Origin: Tubiluchus corallicola
Taxonomy: Eukaryota; Animalia; Priapulida
DNA length: 64,000 nt
Direction: 5' to 3'
Assembly (NCBI GenBank): GCA_030141605.1
Contig: JAQGDQ010000357.1
Coordinates: forward strand, 124,001 to 188,000
Below are positions 62,890-64,000 of the stretch, in pieces. A program made the position numbers and the translations under genes. The first letter of the stretch is position 1, and each line of letters begins with the position of its first letter. The notes below the pieces were generated by a model, which worked only from the letters and a program-made list of their open reading frames with translations, was not told where the DNA came from and ran no database searches.

Positions 62890-64000
62890 TGCTGGGATAA
62901 ATAAACTTTTTTAATCTTAATAATGATTATTATAATTAATGAGGTGAATAAACTTTTTGAATTTGATTACTGATTACAGTTTACAGGCCAGGGTTATTTC
63001 AGAACTGGTGATTCAGATCTATCAAGTCTCATGCATTGAGCATGATTTCATATTGACCCTTAATATACATTCATACACAACCCTACTAATCTCATACATT
63101 TTTAGTGTTAGTGTTTACGCGGGTAGCAAATATCATACTCGGCTACCCTTTTTCTTATACCCGTCGGGTACTCGGATATCAGATTGTTAAAATTCAGTGG
63201 CAGGTTGGTAAATTGTAATAATTTACATTCACTAATAAATACAACCACTGGTGCATTTGAACTAACTGTGTTATCTTAGCAGTAAACATTAAGTTATCAC
63301 ACAAGAGCTGTGAGTCACAAAATTTGTTTTTTTGCCACCGCAAATAATTACTTGTATTGTACGCTTTATCAATGTATCAGCTACAGCGTAGGGATTATAA
63401 TCTATCATGGCTTTTGTGTGTTGTTAAACTTAGCAATCCATTTGTTGTTATCATTGTTCGTGGCCTGAATGCTTTTTAGATGTTAATAAACTATTTGATT
63501 CGAACAATTGATCTTTTTGTAAAGAAATTATAGTTTGTTTTCGATAAAGTTTCGTGGGTTCCCCTTCAGCAAAAGTGGTTCGATCTGCTATACGATTGCA
63601 ACTGATAGAGATATACTCCCTGCTGGCTTGCTAATGCTGAAATACACTATTATAGTAGTTCAGAATTATAATGACTATAATAATTTAGTAACTTTAGAGC
63701 AAGTTTCATGTGTTTGAGTGCAGGCAGGCCGTGAAGCCACATTTTCGACAATCAAACCAAAACCGTTTTTTATGCTTGGGTGCCACAGAACCAAATGAGT
63801 GGCCATGCTACTAATATATAAACAAGCATGTAGGCATGTACTGAATATTCTGTTCACTGAATTTTTTCCCTGAATATCAGTATAAAAATCTGATCTGGTA
63901 AACTTCGGTTGGAATGACTAAAGGTTTAGTGAACTTTTGGTATACCAAAGTTACTTTTTTAATTGACACATTCTGTAAATATTATATTAAACCAATTGAA

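Overview
AT-rich, intron-rich animal genomic DNA (invertebrate-like; the taxon cannot be determined from the sequence). The main gene is a minus-strand senataxin (SETX/Sen1-like, UPF1-type SF1B) RNA/DNA helicase. It has 18 phase-consistent coding exons plus one optional micro-exon (48791->16860, about 2190 aa), including a 3.5-kb exon encoding a disordered region. That region carries three histone H3K9/S10-like motifs (AQKSTGK, ARKSTGK, AKKSTAGK) and duplicated SUMO-interacting-type motifs. The canonical senataxin N-terminal domain seems to survive only as broken pseudo-exons at 49.5-54.4 kb. Downstream is a minus-strand Pro/Gln/Tyr-rich gene whose last visible exon runs in frame into a 1-kb CAA/GAA microsatellite at a local duplication junction. 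A small unidentified plus-strand gene starts head-to-head with the helicase at about 57.4-60.7 kb. Introns hold many mobile elements: a CR1/L2-group LINE with an uninterrupted PHD-APE-RT ORF2 nested in a decayed Tc1/IS630 transposase, RTE fragments, MITEs (one hAT with a perfect TSD), SINE relics, and fold-back elements with degenerate hammerhead-ribozyme-like cores (Penelope pLTR-like). All exon models and family calls were made by eye; no database search was run.
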